From NCBI GenBank assembly GCA_963741945.1, contig CAVUKA010000005.1, positions 128,001 through 192,000 of the forward strand: a stretch of 64,000 nt of DNA, written 5' to 3'. Below the pieces are notes generated by a model that saw only the letters and a list, made by a program, of their open reading frames with translations, made no database searches and was not told where the DNA came from. How positions within the stretch are numbered: the stretch's first letter is position 1; every line of letters starts with the position of its first letter. The stretch comes from an uncultured Gemmatimonadales bacterium (lineage in GTDB: Bacteria > Gemmatimonadota > Gemmatimonadetes > Longimicrobiales > RSA9). Position numbers and translations under genes: made by a program. This document shows, piece after piece, positions 61,023 through 64,000 of this stretch.

Positions 61023-61217
61023 TCAATACCGAGACTCCGATGGCGCCCCCAGACGCGGCTCACGCGCCACCAGGTGATCGAAAATCGCCCGGCGCATCAA
61101 GCCGTACGCCACGATCCGACTCAGAACGTCCGGATCGCTCTCCTTCACTCGCTCCGCCTCATCGGCGAGCGACTGCGGCAGGCGTATGCGAAGATCGATC
61201 GCACAGGTGTCCGTCAT
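61023..61217 (-). CDS. Small hypothetical protein (possible ribbon-helix-helix-like)
   Basis: DLRIRLPQSLADEAE..DPDVLSRIVAYGLMRR; served by a clear upstream promoter. Confidence 0.6.
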   Translation of the reverse strand: MTDTCAIDLRIRLPQSLADEAERVKESDPDVLSRIVAYGLMRRAIFDHLVAREPRLGAPSESRY

Positions 61218-61337
61218 TGGATGAGCCCCGGTGGGTCGTTGTGGAAAACTTGTTGAAAGCTTGCGGAAAAATCGGTCTTTCGATCCCTACGCCAGCCTTT
61301 CGGACGCTTTCGCGGCTTCTCGCCTCGAAGGACTGCG

Positions 61338-61366
61338 AAGATACCCCGCTCCCGCCCGGCCGTCAA
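61338..61366 (-). promoter_or_regulatory. Sigma70-type promoter (leftward)
   Basis: TTGACG-17 nt-TATCTT. Confidence 0.65.
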
Positions 61367-61613
61367 GGCTTTCGTGGAACCCCCCGTGGCCCTTGGACTT
61401 ACCGCTATGTCGTTGATACATAACAACTTACACGAAACGGCAGAATCCGGGTTTTTGCCATTTTCGGCCCCCGTCCGATGAGTGGAAACGCGTGGTTTGC
61501 TGGTGCGGATCTGTTGCCATTGCGGTACATCCGCCAGCCTTGAGGTCTGAAAATGCCGCCGCCCGCCCCTCCGTAAACGTCTGTTTTTGGGGGTGGATAA
61601 GTCGCGCCCGCGC

Positions 61614-61642
61614 TTGACCGTGACTCGGGCGCGCGCTACGCT
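61614..61642 (+). promoter_or_regulatory. Sigma70-type promoter (rightward, leaderless)
   Basis: TTGACC-17 nt-TACGCT, 6 nt before GTG 61649. Confidence 0.6.
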
Positions 61643-61648
61643 GTCCCC

Positions 61649-62377
61649 GTGTTGAATCCCGAGGAACGCCAGAGTGGCGAAACGTCGCGAGCGGTGCCGC
61701 GCGAAGGGTGTCGGGAGCGGGCGCGTCGGCGCTCGTTCTGTTTCCTGGAGCGGGGTGGCGAGCGCTGGGCGGTGTTCCTGGCCACGTACGCGGGGGAGGA
61801 CGGGCGGTGGCGCGGGTACTTCACCTTCCGGACGGGGGCGGCGGGGCTGGAGGGGCAGGAGATCCGGACCACGGACCTGTTCCTGGAGAATGGCGAAGCG
61901 GATGTGGATGCGCGGGCGCGGGGACTCGGGAGGCCGCTGCTCGCGTCGCTCCTGGAGTCGGCGCTGCACACACACGAGCGTCGGCACGGGGTTTCGGCCG
62001 ACGACCGCCGCTGGTTCCGGCGGCTGCTGGCGAAGCGGTCGGAAGCCATCGTCTCGCCTCTGGGTCAGGCGCCGGAGCCCACGCTGGCGCACCTGCGGTC
62101 GCTGTACGACTCGTACCGGATCGATCAGGTTTCTCACCTGATCGCGCTCGTGGAGCCGGCCAGCTTCCGGGAGCTGGTGGACCGGGTGCTGGACGGCCGC
62201 CAGATCGACTTTCGGGCGAGCGATCGGCTGCAGCTCGCCATGCTGGTGGTGCAGGAGCTCGAGCGTCGGCTGCCGCTGCCGCCGCTGGAGGTCTGGGCCG
62301 AGGACTACATGGCGCATCCCGAAGTCTACCAGCGCTACAGCCACGAGCTGCACCGGGGTCAAAGCACCCCCGATTGA
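61649..62377 (+). CDS. Hypothetical protein
   Basis: WAVFL..DGRWRGYFTF..IRTTDLF; LRSLYDSYRIDQVSHLIAL; LPLPPLEVWAEDY. Confidence 0.7.
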   Translation: MLNPEERQSGETSRAVPREGCRERARRRSFCFLERGGERWAVFLATYAGEDGRWRGYFTFRTGAAGLEGQEIRTTDLFLENGEADVDARARGLGRPLLASLLESALHTHERRHGVSADDRRWFRRLLAKRSEAIVSPLGQAPEPTLAHLRSLYDSYRIDQVSHLIALVEPASFRELVDRVLDGRQIDFRASDRLQLAMLVVQELERRLPLPPLEVWAEDYMAHPEVYQRYSHELHRGQSTPD

Positions 62378-62470
62378 GGGCGACGGAGGCGGCGCTCCCG
62401 CGCCCCGGGCAGAAGAGCCACCAGGTTCCCCACCCGCCTTGCAGGCCGATGAAGCGGTGACCCGATTCCC

Positions 62471-63868
62471 TCACCCTCCCCAGAACCCGAGCGCCTGCCC
62501 CAGCAGCTGGATAAGGATGAGCGCGATGGCGGTGGGGCAGATGAAGCGGATCAGGAAGACCCAGAGCCTGCCGAGCGGGAACTTCCCGTCGTTCGCCCGC
62601 ACCTCTTCCCCCGCTTTCCGGACGCCCCAGACCCAGGCGATGAAGAGGCTGATCAGGAGAGCGCCGAGCACCAGCGAGTACTGGCCGAAGATGGTGAACA
62701 GCAGCGAGAGGAAGTCCATCCCGACGCCTGGGAGGTGACTGAGGGCCGGCACTGCGCCGTTGGCCAGCGCGCTGGGGATGCCGAGGAGGAAAGCCGCGCC
62801 GCCGATGATGAAGGCGGCCTTCTTCCGTGGTATGGCGCGTTCGTCAATGAGCCAGGCCGAGGCCACCTCGAGGAGCGAAACGCTGGACGTGAGCGCGGCG
62901 ATGGCGAGCAGGACGAAGAAGAGCGTGCCGAAGACGATGCCACCGATGGGCGCGGGGGGAATGGATCCGAGAAGCGAAGTCAGGACGACGAAGACCATGC
63001 CCGGGCCGCCTTCGCCGGGGTTGAGGCCGGCGGAGAAGAGGGTCGGGAAGATGATGAGCCCGGCCATGAACGCGATGAGGGTGTCGAACGCGGTCACCCA
63101 CGCGGCGGAGCTGACCAGATCGTCGGTCTTCGAGATGTAGGAGCCGTAGGTGATCATGGCCCCCATCCCGAGGCTGAGGCTGAAGAACGCCTGGCCGATG
63201 GCGGCGAGGATGACGTGGAACGTGATCTTGCTGAAATCCGGCTTGAGGTAGAACTCCAGCCCATCGACGGCGTGCGGGAGCGTGACGGCGCGGAACACGA
63301 GGGCGAGAAGGATGAAGAAGAGCGCGGGCATGAGGACCTTGGTCCAGCGCTCGATCCCGTCGCGGACGCCGCCGATCACGACGAGGATCGTGAGCACCAT
63401 GAAGACCATGTGCCAGCCGATGGCCGGCAGCCAGTCGCCCGCCACGTGTCCGAAGATGACCGTCGTGTCCGTGTGCGCGCTGAACGTTCCGGTCGCGGCC
63501 TTGATGATGTAGGCCAGCGTCCAGCCGGCGATGACGGAGTAGAAGCTGAGGATGACCACGCCCGTGAGGACTCCCAGTCCTCCCACCGCCACCCACGCGG
63601 TCCCGGGGGCGAGTGCGCGGAAGGCGCCCACGGGATTGCGCTGCGTTCGCCGCCCGATGATGAGCTCCGCCAGCATGACGGGAGCGCCGATGAAGGCGAC
63701 TGCGAGGAGATAGATGACCAGGAACGCGGCGCCACCGTTCTGGCCGGCGACGGTGGGGAAGCCCCAGATGTTGCCGAGCCCGATCGCGCTGCCGGCGGCT
63801 GCCAGGATGAAGGCGAGCTTCGAGCCCCAGTGATCGCGGGGCGCGGGCGTCGTGACCGTGGTTTCCAT
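62471..63868 (-). CDS. Sodium-dependent transporter (NSS/SNF family)
   Basis: W.SKLAFILAAAGSAIGLGNIWGFP, NGGAAF, GQAFFSLSLGMG, YGSY, AALTSSVSLLE. Confidence 0.95.
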   Translation of the reverse strand: METTVTTPAPRDHWGSKLAFILAAAGSAIGLGNIWGFPTVAGQNGGAAFLVIYLLAVAFIGAPVMLAELIIGRRTQRNPVGAFRALAPGTAWVAVGGLGVLTGVVILSFYSVIAGWTLAYIIKAATGTFSAHTDTTVIFGHVAGDWLPAIGWHMVFMVLTILVVIGGVRDGIERWTKVLMPALFFILLALVFRAVTLPHAVDGLEFYLKPDFSKITFHVILAAIGQAFFSLSLGMGAMITYGSYISKTDDLVSSAAWVTAFDTLIAFMAGLIIFPTLFSAGLNPGEGGPGMVFVVLTSLLGSIPPAPIGGIVFGTLFFVLLAIAALTSSVSLLEVASAWLIDERAIPRKKAAFIIGGAAFLLGIPSALANGAVPALSHLPGVGMDFLSLLFTIFGQYSLVLGALLISLFIAWVWGVRKAGEEVRANDGKFPLGRLWVFLIRFICPTAIALILIQLLGQALGFWGG

Positions 63869-64000
63869 TTCGACTCGTTGGAGAGGGTGGTCGCGCCGGG
63901 GCCGGGCGGGCCCGTGTCGCAGGTCTGCGTCGTCGCTACGAGCTGTGGGCGGCGGAATCGCGCGAATCTTTCACGGGCGCCGCGGCACCGCAAGGTGACC

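Larger units (their letters stand above)
61218..61648. other. Candidate chromosomal replication origin (oriC)
   Basis: Visibly lower-GC intergenic region with DnaA-box-like 9-mers (61240, 61251, 61262, 61481, 61592), an IHF-like site and a local C-rich to G-rich switch. Confidence 0.55.

Overview
GC-rich (roughly 70%) bacterial chromosomal window, dense with core genes. Gene content and style suggest Gemmatimonadota (inference only). It holds about 70 CDSs, including Lon, a long minus-strand gene run (PTPS-II/folE/SDR/QueD ... macrodomain/transglutaminase/ABC exporter/CysQ), nfo, fumC, PBP1A, trxB, FNR, asd/lysC, an Mla/MCE transporter, rho, recF-dciA-gyrB, an M16 peptidase, dat, ssb and an NSS transporter. 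I found no tRNA, rRNA, CRISPR array, transposase or prophage. Signals not in the ORF track: (1) a dispersed family of CGCGGAG-based intergenic repeats forming inverted arms and tandem arrays at three loci; (2) a probable oriC at about 61.2-61.65 kb with no dnaA beside it; (3) a probable 6S RNA and a second, unexplained structured RNA candidate upstream of the pterin operon; (4) a Lon paralog with an intact protease site but a degenerate AAA+ motor; (5) a biopterin-type operon with two PTPS subtypes; (6) two single-base frameshifts; (7) several apparently leaderless genes. Start codons were refined by eye and all product calls come from motif recognition, not database searches.
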